Source: an uncultured delta proteobacterium (GTDB lineage: Bacteria > Desulfobacterota > Binatia > UBA9968). From it: a stretch of 64,000 bases of DNA. Location of the stretch: contig CAVUVW010000023.1 in assembly GCA_963745035.1 (NCBI GenBank), positions 1 to 64,000 on the forward strand. The letters run 5' to 3'. Made by a program: the position numbers and the translations under genes. Shown piece after piece: positions 32,318 through 42,774 of the stretch. Numbering within the stretch: the first letter of the stretch is position 1; each line of letters begins with the position of its first letter. The notes below the pieces were generated by a model. The model made no database searches. It was given only the letters and a program-made list of their open reading frames with translations, and was not told where the DNA came from.

Positions 32318-33410
32318 ATGAACAGACCACGTACTCTTGAGGAAATTAAAAACGACATTCGCGCGCGCTTGGGTCATCGCGCGCCGTTTCTGCATGCCGA
32401 CAAAGCCGAAGCTGAAGAGGCCCTCGGTAAGATGAACTCAGTGCAAGGGGAGATATGGGCGCAGGCGTGGAATGAATTGGGGGCCCGCTGGGAAGATAGA
32501 GCAAGAGCCGCCGAGAGCGCCGGCAACAAGGACCAAGCTAAAGAGAGTTATTTGAAGTCCTACGGTTACTACGGCATTGCGCGCCACCCCTTTCCCAGCA
32601 GCCCGGGTAAACATCATGGCTATGTAAAAACGCGCGAGATGTTTCTAGCCGCTTCAAAGTACTTCGATGTCCCGATTGAACCAGTGTCAATTCCATTTCA
32701 GGGCAGACAGATCATCGGGCATCTGCGGTTGCCGAAGAAAGTGCCCGCTCCGCTGATCATGCATTGGGGCGGTATCGACAATTGGAAAGAGGAACGCCAC
32801 TCCTTTGCTGAATCTTTTGTGCAAAGAAGGCTGGGGATGTTTCGTTATGGATAGTCCAGGAACCGGCGAATCCCCGGTGCTCGCCGGACCGGACGCGCAT
32901 CAAGTTCACATCACGGCGTTGGATTATCTGATGAAAAGACCGGAAGTGGATATAACCCGTATTGCTGTGGTCGGCGCCAGCTTTGGCGGTCACTGGTCGA
33001 CAAAGCTGGCTCATCTCGCGCCGGAGAAATTACGAGCGGCCGTCAACTGGGGCGGGGGCGTTCATTATTTTTTCCAACCGCAATGGCAGGAACGGTCGCG
33101 CAATGCCGATTCTTATCTTTTCGATCTCATCGAAGCGCGCGCTAATCTTTTCGGCAAAACTAGCTTCGACGAGCTATGTCAGGTGATGCCGGCGCTATCA
33201 TTGCTCGATGGAGGCTGGTTGGATAAGCCATGCGCGCCGTTGTTAATCGTCAACGGTAAAGAAGATAAGCAAGTGCCGCTAGAGGACTTCTATTTGCTTT
33301 TGGAGCACGGCAATCCGAAAACGATGCGCCTGTTTCCCGGCGGCCACATGGGCGCTATTCCGAACATTTTTAAAACTGTGATCACATGGCTGCACGAAAG
33401 ACTGGACTAA
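32318..33410 (+). CDS. Alpha/beta hydrolase, FrsA/Ayg1/DHPON-hydrolase-like (frameshift)
   Basis: GGIDNWKEE, DSPGTGES, GASFGG nucleophile elbow. Confidence 0.75.
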
Positions 33411-33414
33411 CAAT

Positions 33415-33669
33415 ATGAGTCTTTATCAACTTCAGAAACTCATTTACGAAGTAAATCGCAATCCCGAGCGCCGTGACACATACCGGGCCGACCCAGTCGG
33501 ATTCTTCGCTCGTTACCAGCTAACGCCGGAGGAGCAAGAGGCGATAGTTGCACTAGATGTGCGCAAGCTTTACCGGCTCGGCGTCCACCCGTTGTTGCTA
33601 CGGCCGTTCACTTTGTTGCACCGTGTGTCAAATGAAGATTATGCCAAGGCATTGGCCGAATTGGAGTAA
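33415..33669 (+). CDS. LigA-like small subunit of extradiol dioxygenase
   Basis: MSLYQLQKLIYEVNR...LTPEEQEA...GVHPLLL. Confidence 0.75.
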   Translation: MSLYQLQKLIYEVNRNPERRDTYRADPVGFFARYQLTPEEQEAIVALDVRKLYRLGVHPLLLRPFTLLHRVSNEDYAKALAELE

Positions 33670-33671
33670 CC

Positions 33672-34487
33672 ATGCCGATCGTATTTGCCTGCGCTGCTAG
33701 CCATGCGCCGGGGATGACTGCCTGGACCGAAGCTGCGCCTCAAGAACAGCGGGAAAAGATTCTCGGCGGTTACCGCAAGCTCGGCGATAGGCTCGTAGCT
33801 TCAAAGCCCGACGCTCTCGTTGTCGTCAGCGTAGAACACTGGGCCAATTTCTTTTTGAACCAAATGCCGACATTCTGCATCGGCCGCGCCGGCTACTACG
33901 ACGGGCCGGTGGAAGAATGGCTGAAGATTGCTAAAACGCGGGTTCCCGGAGATGCAGCGCTGGGCGCGGAGCTTTTAGACGCTTGTCTCGACAGCGGCTT
34001 CGATCCGGCGTTTTCGGACGAATTGCTGTTTGACCATGCGACGATGTTGCCGCTGCATTTTTTAAATCCTGGTATGGCCGTGCCGGTAGTGCCGGTGATT
34101 ATCAACACCTTGACAACACCAATGCCCACGGCCAAGCGCTGTTTTGAATTGGGCCGGACGCTTGGCAAAGCGCTGGAGCGACACCCGAAACGAATCGCAC
34201 TGATTGCCACCGGAGGTCTCTCCCACTGGCCTGGCGAAGCGAAGATGGGCAAGATCAATGTGCCTTTTGATACGCAATTTCTCGACAGACTGATCAATGG
34301 CGAGCGCGCCCGTCTTGCCGAATACTCCCATTCAGAGATCGACAGAGAGGCTGGTTCCGGCGGTCACGAAATCAGAACCTGGATAACCGTTGCGGGTGCC
34401 GTGGAGAATTGGCAGGCGACTCTGCTCGCCTATGAGGCGGTTCAGCCCTGGGCGACTGGCTGCGGCTTAGTGGCGTTTAATCGATAG
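33672..34487 (+). CDS. LigB-family extradiol ring-cleavage dioxygenase
   Basis: SHAP, EH, DHA..PL, GGLSHWP, EIRTW. Confidence 0.85.
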   Translation: MPIVFACAASHAPGMTAWTEAAPQEQREKILGGYRKLGDRLVASKPDALVVVSVEHWANFFLNQMPTFCIGRAGYYDGPVEEWLKIAKTRVPGDAALGAELLDACLDSGFDPAFSDELLFDHATMLPLHFLNPGMAVPVVPVIINTLTTPMPTAKRCFELGRTLGKALERHPKRIALIATGGLSHWPGEAKMGKINVPFDTQFLDRLINGERARLAEYSHSEIDREAGSGGHEIRTWITVAGAVENWQATLLAYEAVQPWATGCGLVAFNR

Positions 34488-34632
34488 GGAACGGGCGGCC
34501 ACGGCGGCCCCTCATTATTTGATCAGAGGAAAAAGACGACACTGTATATGCCCTCAGGGTGAGCCCGCTCACGAACTGGGTTCAAAACGTTCAAGCTGTT
34601 CAAGCCGTTCAATCCCCCTCTTTCATCCTCCC

Positions 34633-36054
34633 TGTACGGACCGGAAACAAGAGTAACAAACGTACCGGAGACATAGGTAACAGTTTTTATGCTGGATCGG
34701 ATTGGGCTCAGAGCTAAATGGCGGGGGGTACTAAGGGTCCAACTCGATCGAGATCGTTCGTTATAAGGAAAATATGAAAGCCGTTTTTTCATGAGCGTCA
34801 CTGAATGCGGCAATCGACAGTCTAAAGCTCCCTCAGATTGATTTGGCGAATGGTTTGATGACAAAAGAGCACGTCAAAGACTCCGTCTGTGGCAGTGGCT
34901 TTAAGGCCGACGGGATAGCCCGAGAAGGCGTGGCCCACTTTCAAGATTTTTCCTTTAAAGTAGATCTCTCCTTTTTGCTGCACCTTGCGCACCATGACTC
35001 CCGGATCATAATTGATGGGCGGCAAACTCTCTGGAAACGAGCGCAAGCTTACTTGGTAGCGAGAAGCTGGCACCTCCAGTCCCAGAGCGTCATGAGGGCG
35101 AATGAAATTGTACTGTTGTCGGAACAGAGCAAAGGCTGCTTGGAGATCGGGGATGCCTTGCCACTGCCGTTGCTGGAGAAGCTCTCGGTTAAGCGTGCCG
35201 TGAAAGCGTTCATCTTTGCCCATGGTCTGAGGGTGGTAGGGTCGGCTGTGACTCACCCGAATCTGCAAGCGGATCAACCACACCGTAAGCCGTGTGTAAG
35301 GATGGGCCAGATCCCTACCCCATGGGCTGCCGTTGTCCATGATCATCGAGTTGGGAAGCCCGTAGAGACGAAAGGTTTCGGTCAGAGCTGGCTTTACCGA
35401 CTCTCTTGTCTGGTCAGGCAAAGCTTTAAGGCACAAGTTAAAGCGCGAGTGATCATCCAAGACGGTCAGTGCCTGAGCCGGGCCACCGAGAGTGGCCAGT
35501 GGCCCTTTGAAATCCATTTGCCAAAGACTATTGGGCACCTCATGCTCGAAACGCTGCCAGTTGGGCTTGGCCGCTTTACTGCCAGCATCGATCAGCCCAT
35601 GACGGTGAAAGACAGCGGTAATGGTGCTCGACGCCGGCACAGTCTTTTCACCTTGATTCTTCAAAAGACGACGAATCTTTCGCGCTCCCCAGCGCGGATA
35701 ACTACTACGCAGCGATATCAAAGCTCGCTCTTTTGCCTGCGGCAATTGCCCGGGACTCTTCTTGGGACGACGCGAATGATCGAGCAGACCTTCGCTTCCT
35801 TGTTTACGGTGTCGACCCAGCCATTTGTAGCCGGTCTTTCGACTGATGCCGTAACGCTGGCACAGCTCGGTAAAGCTCACTGCTTTTTTCTCCGACAAGC
35901 GCACAAACTCTTGGCGCAAAGACATGAGACTAACCACTCCCCACGGCATAAGTTCTCCCCCCTTTCGACTGCAGGGAGAATTATGCCTTCGGTTATTGAA
36001 AAAGTGTTACCCATGTCTCCGGTACACCTGTTACCTATGTCTCCGGTCTATACA
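34633..36054 (-). mobile_element. IS481-family insertion sequence, complete
   Basis: TGTA...TACA ends; TIRs with internal repeats; 6-bp TSD CCTCCC at 34627-32 and 36055-60. Confidence 0.95.
34822..35949 (-). CDS. IS481 DDE transposase
   Basis: GISRKTGYKW HTH, WQMDFKG, DDHSR, DNG, GKDERFH. Confidence 0.95.
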   Translation of the reverse strand: MPWGVVSLMSLRQEFVRLSEKKAVSFTELCQRYGISRKTGYKWLGRHRKQGSEGLLDHSRRPKKSPGQLPQAKERALISLRSSYPRWGARKIRRLLKNQGEKTVPASSTITAVFHRHGLIDAGSKAAKPNWQRFEHEVPNSLWQMDFKGPLATLGGPAQALTVLDDHSRFNLCLKALPDQTRESVKPALTETFRLYGLPNSMIMDNGSPWGRDLAHPYTRLTVWLIRLQIRVSHSRPYHPQTMGKDERFHGTLNRELLQQRQWQGIPDLQAAFALFRQQYNFIRPHDALGLEVPASRYQVSLRSFPESLPPINYDPGVMVRKVQQKGEIYFKGKILKVGHAFSGYPVGLKATATDGVFDVLFCHQTIRQINLREL

Positions 36055-36100
36055 CCTCCCCCTTGCCTGGTCCTGATGCCTTCTTAATCGGAGAACCCAG

Positions 36101-37096
36101 ATGTCTCTCAAATTTAGCCTGCATAGTCTTCACGGCGGCGTAAAGAACATCGACGAGATTCATCGACGCGCAAAACGCGCCGAAGAACTGGGCTATGACG
36201 GAATCTTTCTCGGCGAGAGTCATTTAAGCTCGATCGATTCTTTCCAGATTTTGGCCAGTTGCGCGATGCTGACGCAACGCGTTCTTCTCGGCATCGCCGT
36301 GACGAATATGGTCTTTCGCCATCCGACGGTGCTCGCCGGCGCGGCGGCATCGCTCAATGAGATATCCAACGGCCGGGCGATTCTCGGGTTAGGTACCGGC
36401 GATGGTCCGGTATACACGCAAGGGTTGAAAGCGACGCCGATCAAGCAATTTGAAAAAGGCGTGAGACTGATCCGCCAGCTGGTGCAAGGAAATCGCGTCA
36501 CCTTCCCCACCGGTGAGTTCGGCATCAGTTTTACGATCAATCAGCCCGCGCCGATCTATGTTTCAGCCGAGGGGCCAAAGGGACTGCAACTCGCCGGCCG
36601 CGCTGCCGACGGCGTGATTCTCGGCACCGGCTTTGATCTGCGTGTGTTCGAGTGGGCGAAACATAAAATCCGTGAAGGCACTACCGCGGCAGGGCGCGAT
36701 GAAAAAGACGTTGCTATACTTGCCGCGGGCATGCTGTGCGTCCGCGACGACGGCGATGAAGCTCGCCGCATCGTGCGCAATCGGATCGCCAACCGCGCCC
36801 ATCATAATTTTCGTTTTACTCTGGAAACTGTTCCATCAACAGAGCTAGAGGGTGTCAAGAAATTCATGGCCAGCTTCGATGTCATGAAGCCGATGGAGGA
36901 ACGAGTCGATCCTGATCTCGTCAACGATTATTTAGTTCGGCGCTTTTCAGTGGCCGGCACTGCGGCGCAGTGCATCGAACGTATTGAAGAATTAAACGCC
37001 GCCGGTGTTGAGCATCTCATGCTCACCCCCGCGCGAAAGGTTTACCATGAGAGCGTCGAAACCTTCGCCCACAAAGTCATACCGCATTTCAGATAA
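36101..37096 (+). CDS. LLM-class flavin-dependent oxidoreductase
   Basis: AEELGYDGIF, RHPTVLA, SNGRAILGLGTG. Confidence 0.85.
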   Translation: MSLKFSLHSLHGGVKNIDEIHRRAKRAEELGYDGIFLGESHLSSIDSFQILASCAMLTQRVLLGIAVTNMVFRHPTVLAGAAASLNEISNGRAILGLGTGDGPVYTQGLKATPIKQFEKGVRLIRQLVQGNRVTFPTGEFGISFTINQPAPIYVSAEGPKGLQLAGRAADGVILGTGFDLRVFEWAKHKIREGTTAAGRDEKDVAILAAGMLCVRDDGDEARRIVRNRIANRAHHNFRFTLETVPSTELEGVKKFMASFDVMKPMEERVDPDLVNDYLVRRFSVAGTAAQCIERIEELNAAGVEHLMLTPARKVYHESVETFAHKVIPHFR

Positions 37097-37129
37097 ATAG
37101 GACTCACATGCGCGTAGCCGCGCACGTGC

Positions 37130-37295
37130 GGTTCAACCGTTTAATAGTTCAACGTCAGAACCGGGTTAATTCGACTTGGATACGCCGATTTTTTCTGTTC
37201 GTGCAGAGTTGCAGAGTTAAGGGTGCGGGTTACCTGGTACGTCCGCATGGGTTCGGTCTTACGTTGAACTGTTGAACCTTGAACGTTTGAACTGT
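37130..37295. repeat. GTTCAA-repeat inverted element between convergent genes; related arms at ~34579-34612 and ~60523-60556
   Basis: gttcaaccgtttaatagttcaacgt ... acgttgaactgttgaaccttgaacgtttgaac. Confidence 0.75.
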
Positions 37296-37302
37296 TTTTC
37301 GT

Positions 37303-38130
37303 TTAAGAGGTGACTTCCCACCAGTTTTTGCTGATGTCGCTGAAGATGAAACGGGTACGGCCGTTTTCTTGCAAGTCCCAGAGCTCGTTGATCCCGATCC
37401 CTTTGCCTTTGGTCGAGAATTCTTTATACGCGTCCGCGACCTGCTCGGCCGATGCCAGCTTCAATGTAAACCGATTGGCTGCGGTCAAGTACTCACGGCG
37501 CGTGGTTGGCAAAACAACGATATACCATGGCGTGCTCGGATGGCTGATGTAGGTAGACGTGCGGCCGCCGCCGATGATCTCCAGCCCCAAGACTTCTTTG
37601 ACAAAGCGATCATTGATCTCCTTATCGTCGCAGTTCAAAGTTCCATGAGTCATTGCCTGGGGCACGTAACCTCTTCCGGGGAACTTCTCTTCCGGCAATG
37701 GGCTACTCCAATGCGGCGCGGCTATTTTGCGACCCTGTTTGACTGCCGCCGGATTGTAGTACTCAATTTCGAGATCATTACCGCCGGGTTCCTTGAAGTA
37801 GATGGAATAGGCGAAATGAGCTTCGTGAGGCTTGGTCACGCTTTTGATCTTGTACTCGTCTTTATGCTCGGTCAGATATTCGTACGCCCTGGGAATTTCC
37901 CTCGAGCTTGACACACGGAAACCGTAATGGTTGGTATGCGGCTTGTTAGCGGCGTGGGGTCCGCCCTCATGGACGACGAGACGCCACGCGGTATTCGGAT
38001 GCTTCAGTACCGCTTCGTTGTCCTTGCGGTCGACAATTTCGAGAGCCAACAGATCGGTGAAAATCGGCAGCGTTTGGTCCAAAGAGCGGCATTCGTAATG
38101 CCCTTCCGTCAATCCAACTGGTTTCAGCAT
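37303..38130 (-). CDS. Two-domain VOC/glyoxalase family protein
   Basis: NHYGFRV, SIYFKEPGGNDLEI, second VOC ending DISKNWWEV. Confidence 0.8.
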   Translation of the reverse strand: MLKPVGLTEGHYECRSLDQTLPIFTDLLALEIVDRKDNEAVLKHPNTAWRLVVHEGGPHAANKPHTNHYGFRVSSSREIPRAYEYLTEHKDEYKIKSVTKPHEAHFAYSIYFKEPGGNDLEIEYYNPAAVKQGRKIAAPHWSSPLPEEKFPGRGYVPQAMTHGTLNCDDKEINDRFVKEVLGLEIIGGGRTSTYISHPSTPWYIVVLPTTRREYLTAANRFTLKLASAEQVADAYKEFSTKGKGIGINELWDLQENGRTRFIFSDISKNWWEVTS

Positions 38131-38190
38131 GTCCTTCTCCTAGCTTCTATTTATTGTATCCGTGTATAAACAGAAAAACCATAAGCCCCG

Positions 38191-39291
38191 TCAATGTCGG
38201 CTGTCTGGGACGGCAGGCATACGGACTTCCGCACCCGACTTGGCGCATTCCTCTTCAAAGATCTTGCGGATAATCGGATCCTCATCCTCATATTCGATCT
38301 GCCAACCACCAAACGCCAGCGGCACATCCGACTGAATCTTGCCGGGCTGGAGCTTATATTTTCGGCTGAGAATTTTGAGAGCCAAATATCGCGCCGGTTC
38401 GGCGCTGGAATTGAAGTGCTGATGAAACCAACCTTCGGGCGGCACAACAATCGAGCCCGGCTTCCAATCCACTCGGGTCATCTCTTTGCCCTCCGGCCAG
38501 AGCAAGGAATAACCTTTTCCGGTGAGAATAAAAACATGCGCCCCCGGCCCATGACGATGGGCCTTTTTGTAAATGCCGACGGGAAAGCGCGAAACGTGCG
38601 AACCCATCATGCTTTCCGACATCTCGAAAAAGATCGTCGCATTGCCCTTGCCGCGCTCCGTCCATGCCACCGGTTCGATATTGATGGCATCGGCAACAAA
38701 GTTGGTTTCGACCACGCGGTCGCTGTAGAGCGTGCCTTTGCCGCCGAAAAAGCCCTCTTCGCCTTTGAACCGGTCAGTAAAGGAATAGGGATTGTTAATC
38801 ACGAAATCCTCGCAATGGAATAGATTAAAAACCAGTGGCGCCGTGGTCACCGCCAGCAACCGCGCCTCGCGGTCTCCCTGACCGTTGAAATGCTGGTACC
38901 AGGCATTCAACGGAATCGCGAAAAGACTGCCGGTTTGCCATTCGAAACTCTGTTTGCCGCCATTGGTTTGCCAAACCGTCGTAGCGCCGCGACCATCGAG
39001 GACGTAGATCAATGCCTCATAGATATGCCTCTGCGGATTGAGGCTCTTGCCCGGCGGGATGCCGCAAACATAGGCGTCATCGAGATAGCCCGTGCCATCC
39101 AACATGATATAGACGCCGTTACCGCCCATCCGGTCCCACCATTTAAGCGGGATCGTATAGAGATCTTCCACGAAGAATCCCCTGATCACATCGATTCCCT
39201 GTGACGCAATCCAACGATCGTAAGGGGTATCCATCACCTCGACCTTGCGGTCGACTTTCGCATAGGACACCTTTGGCAAATCTGCTGACAT
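38191..39291 (-). CDS. Bicupin protein (gentisate-dioxygenase-like)
   Basis: QRHIYE..PLNAWYQHFN; AHRHGPG..PPEGWFHQHFN. Confidence 0.75.
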   Translation of the reverse strand: MSADLPKVSYAKVDRKVEVMDTPYDRWIASQGIDVIRGFFVEDLYTIPLKWWDRMGGNGVYIMLDGTGYLDDAYVCGIPPGKSLNPQRHIYEALIYVLDGRGATTVWQTNGGKQSFEWQTGSLFAIPLNAWYQHFNGQGDREARLLAVTTAPLVFNLFHCEDFVINNPYSFTDRFKGEEGFFGGKGTLYSDRVVETNFVADAINIEPVAWTERGKGNATIFFEMSESMMGSHVSRFPVGIYKKAHRHGPGAHVFILTGKGYSLLWPEGKEMTRVDWKPGSIVVPPEGWFHQHFNSSAEPARYLALKILSRKYKLQPGKIQSDVPLAFGGWQIEYEDEDPIIRKIFEEECAKSGAEVRMPAVPDSRH

Positions 39292-39462
39292 ATGCTGGCC
39301 TCCTTGGCTGCTTTATTGTTTATCCTGATTTTTTTACGAATCATCAAGCAGACGGAAACAAGAGCCTACCGCGAGTAAGCTAAAGATTCGGTGAAGGTTG
39401 ACAACGGCAGCTGTACGCCACATAGGTAAAGTCGAAATCGAAAACTCTGCCATCGAGGGGAA

Positions 39463-40731
39463 ATGATGAGTCAAGACGCAATGAACAGTCTAGTCGCGGC
39501 GCTCAAGCAGGGCGTAGGTCTGCGCGACGAGTTTATCTACTACATCGCCTTTGACGATTATAAAGAACTTCCGGATCCGTTTGCGCGAACAGCGGTTACC
39601 GTTGATGAAGTGCAACAGACGATCGATCGTTATGCCAATCCACAAAGCCCCGGAGAACTCTTTGCATGGGACATTCACGGCCGGCTTTTCACACCAGCGA
39701 AAACCTCGATTCCCAACACAGCGGTGGTGATGATTCATGGCGGCGCGGCAAACGAATACGAGTTTATATTCACGCCGGATGGCCCGGAAGAATATCCGGA
39801 TCTCACCAAGACAGATCCCGCCCAAGCGCGGGTAGGAGTTGCGCAGCATATTGCTTCGCTCGGCATACCCGTATTGGCGATCTCACTGCCTGGCCACTAC
39901 AGCCGCAAGCCTTGGCGGCCTATCGCCGCGCGCCGCCCCGAGTTCGTTATCGGGGAGATGCCCGACGACACGGAGCTTAAAAACAGGCTCGCGGTTTATA
40001 CGTTTCGAATGTGCACTGACGCCATCAAGGCTCTGGTTGAGCGCAGCGTTCCGGATCATGACATTTTTATGTGGGGGCACTCAACCGGCGGGGAATATTT
40101 TTATTTAATGGAACAGTACGGCCTAAAGAATAAACTCATTGGCGGCTTGGGTTTTGGCACGGGCATGCCGGCCTGGGTGCGCAAGGAATGGGATCTGGCC
40201 TGCGCCGAAAAATCTCCGGAAGAACGCGCCGCGCCGTTTCGCCACCTAACCGATCTCAGCCGCCGCTCTCCCGAGAGCTATACCAAGAGCGGTTATGTCG
40301 GACCGAATCAGCCATGGGGCAACGCGGAGAAATGGTTTGAGTTGGAAAATCACCGCCGGCCACAGTTCAAACCGTTTCTGCAGGATATCGAGCACAGCGC
40401 GCATGATGTTTTGCTGCCCGAAATTCGCAGGATCTCAGGACTGACTGATAACGAGTTGTTCATCACCTACAGATCCGATTTGAATCGCCTGCGCGGCAAA
40501 AAAATACTCCATATTGTCGGCGAGTACGATAAGGGCCATTGGATAGAGGGCGGGGAGAAAGGGTTAGAGTTTCGCCGCGAGGTTTATGCCTTCAACCGTT
40601 TCTCTCCATACGCCAAAGCGCTTCGCTTGATCGTAGTTCCGAACTTAACTCATTACGGCCACGTCGAGAGCTATAACGAGAGATTGGCAAACCTCATGGT
40701 GACCGGCTTCAAAGAATATTTCCTAACCTGA
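39463..40731 (+). CDS. Alpha/beta hydrolase fold protein
   Basis: MIHGG, SLPGH, GHSTGG, THYGH. Confidence 0.65.
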   Translation: MMSQDAMNSLVAALKQGVGLRDEFIYYIAFDDYKELPDPFARTAVTVDEVQQTIDRYANPQSPGELFAWDIHGRLFTPAKTSIPNTAVVMIHGGAANEYEFIFTPDGPEEYPDLTKTDPAQARVGVAQHIASLGIPVLAISLPGHYSRKPWRPIAARRPEFVIGEMPDDTELKNRLAVYTFRMCTDAIKALVERSVPDHDIFMWGHSTGGEYFYLMEQYGLKNKLIGGLGFGTGMPAWVRKEWDLACAEKSPEERAAPFRHLTDLSRRSPESYTKSGYVGPNQPWGNAEKWFELENHRRPQFKPFLQDIEHSAHDVLLPEIRRISGLTDNELFITYRSDLNRLRGKKILHIVGEYDKGHWIEGGEKGLEFRREVYAFNRFSPYAKALRLIVVPNLTHYGHVESYNERLANLMVTGFKEYFLT

Positions 40732-40755
40732 GTCCGTAGCTACTCTCATAAAGAA

Positions 40756-40787
40756 AGGCCCTGGTAAGTTCAACCTTACCAGGGCTT
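40756..40787. terminator. Hairpin terminator between convergent genes
   Basis: gccctggtaag-loop-cttaccagggc. Confidence 0.7.
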
Positions 40788-40806
40788 GTCTTCGTACCCG
40801 TTCTCG

Positions 40807-41232
40807 TTAGTGACGATAGCCTCTGTGATCGAATCGGCGATTGATGTGGTCGCCGCGGCGATCCAATCTGTGTTCGATCCGATTACCTCGGCGATCCAGG
40901 TGAGCTTGGATCCGATCGCCTTTTTTGTCCAGATGACTCTCGATTCGATCCCCTTTGCGGTCGAGTCGGTCCGCCAACTTGTACTTGCCATCCGCTCTGG
41001 CCCTTGCCGCTCTGGCGTCGAACCGATCGTTGATTCTGTCGCCTCTGGCATCGAGATGCTGATTGATACGCGCTCCTCTCGAATCCAGGCGGTCATTGAT
41101 TCTGTCCCCTCTGGCATCCAGGCGCCGGTCAATACGATCGCCACGCCGGCCGTAGGACCGATCGTCCGCTGATACTATTGCCGCGCTGCCCAAAGCTAGA
41201 ACACTGAGTCCGATTACAATTGCTTTTTTCAT
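40807..41232 (-). CDS. Secreted protein with 11-residue RGDRIxxRLD repeats
   Basis: Signal peptide MKKAIVIGLSVLALGSAAIVSA; about 8 hendecad repeats. Confidence 0.8.
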   Translation of the reverse strand: MKKAIVIGLSVLALGSAAIVSADDRSYGRRGDRIDRRLDARGDRINDRLDSRGARINQHLDARGDRINDRFDARAARARADGKYKLADRLDRKGDRIESHLDKKGDRIQAHLDRRGNRIEHRLDRRGDHINRRFDHRGYRH

Positions 41233-41469
41233 TGAGCGATCTCCTTATTCTGTTGTTAAATGTGATTTCCTCTGCGCCCTTAAACCATTGGACGCAGCGA
41301 GGCTGCAAAGGTTTACTAGTCCGGAGGTTAATTTCGAAACGAACCGAGAGGCCGCAATAAAAGCCTCATATATTCGGGCGCTTGGTAAAATGTTCTAAAT
41401 AAGAAACACGCCTGATAAGATCAGGCGAGTTGTTGACAGAACCTGCAATCTAACTTACAGATTGCTCAC

Positions 41470-42501
41470 GTGAAAATTGTCATTAAGCGCAGCGATTTAT
41501 TCTTTTTTTCTCGACCTTTGTTACGGCGAATTTGGTTGTTTGCATTTGTTTTATCGCTCCCGACAACTGCAAGCACAGAGCCTTTACGGATCGCCTACAC
41601 GTCGATCGCCGTAGTTTACGGTCCTCTCTGGGTCACCAAGGAGGCGGGAATCTTCAAGAAGCTCGGCATCGATCCCGAATTCATCTACATCGCCGGCGGA
41701 CCGCCATCATTACAAGCATTGATCGCGGGGGACGTCGCGATCTCCTTCACCGCAGCCGGTGCGACAGTGGCGGCGAATCTGTCGGGTTCTGATGTCGTGC
41801 TGCTCGGCGCCAGCATCGATTCCCTGCCCTTCGAACTTTGGTCAGTTTCCAGCATCAAAGAGCCGGCCCAACTCAGGGGCACAAAGCTCGGCGTCAGCCG
41901 CATCGGCGCGACCACCGATTTCGTGGCGCGTTATCTGTTGAAGAAATGGGGAATGCAAAGCGATAAAGACGTCGCCATTTTTCAAGCGGGCTCCGGGCCT
42001 CAGGTGTTTGCTGCGCTCAAGGGCGGTTCGGTTCACAGCGGGGTGCTTTCAACCGGTCCCGAGACACTGCGTGCCGAGGCGGAAGGATATGTTCGGCTCG
42101 CGGACGTTTCATCGTCTGAGTTGGTTTATCCGTTCGGGCCGTTTGCGGCGCGGCAGGCATTTCTCAAAAAGCAACCCGATCTCGTGACGCGCTTCATGAA
42201 GGCTTATGTTGAAGGTATTCATCGTTTCAAAACCGACAAAACAACAGCGCTAGCGACCCTAGAGAAGTATACCAAGCAACAAACGACTCCTGCTGTTGAG
42301 AGAATTTACCAAAGTTACGCGACCAAATATTTCAAGAGGGTTCCGGAAGCTACGTCAGCGGGAATTCAAACTATTTTAGAGGAGCTCGCTGCCACACGAG
42401 CGCTACCCCAGGGTCTGACGCCGCAGCGTTTCGTGGAGTCGAAATTCGTAGGTGAATTGGTTTCCAGCGGCTTCGTCGAGAATCTTTATAAAGGGCGTTA
42501 G
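41470..42501 (+). CDS. NMT1/SsuA-like ABC substrate-binding protein
   Basis: PLWVTKEAGIFKK.G, ALIAGDV, GVSRIGATTD. Confidence 0.8.
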   Translation: MKIVIKRSDLFFFSRPLLRRIWLFAFVLSLPTTASTEPLRIAYTSIAVVYGPLWVTKEAGIFKKLGIDPEFIYIAGGPPSLQALIAGDVAISFTAAGATVAANLSGSDVVLLGASIDSLPFELWSVSSIKEPAQLRGTKLGVSRIGATTDFVARYLLKKWGMQSDKDVAIFQAGSGPQVFAALKGGSVHSGVLSTGPETLRAEAEGYVRLADVSSSELVYPFGPFAARQAFLKKQPDLVTRFMKAYVEGIHRFKTDKTTALATLEKYTKQQTTPAVERIYQSYATKYFKRVPEATSAGIQTILEELAATRALPQGLTPQRFVESKFVGELVSSGFVENLYKGR

Positions 42502-42774
42502 GCCGCGCCGCCCGGGATTAAGCAAAGGTGAAAATGATCTTGCAACATCCTGTGCCTCGGCTGGTCCGGCGAGATGAAGCAAACCCAAATCATCCGGATC
42601 AACGCAACGACGACTGTTGATTTGTTTTCTTCAAGCTGCAAAACCTGCTAGAGGGTTTTGACCAGCCTGATCTCGCCGTCGGCGGCAATTCTGTGGATGT
42701 GATGATTTACCAGCCGTGACCTTTACTCGCGTCCTAACGCCTAACCGTAAAAGGAGACAACCACCATTTCAATT

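Noticed and set aside
34843-36087. 414-aa plus-strand ORF
   Set aside because: Antisense shadow of the IS481 transposase.
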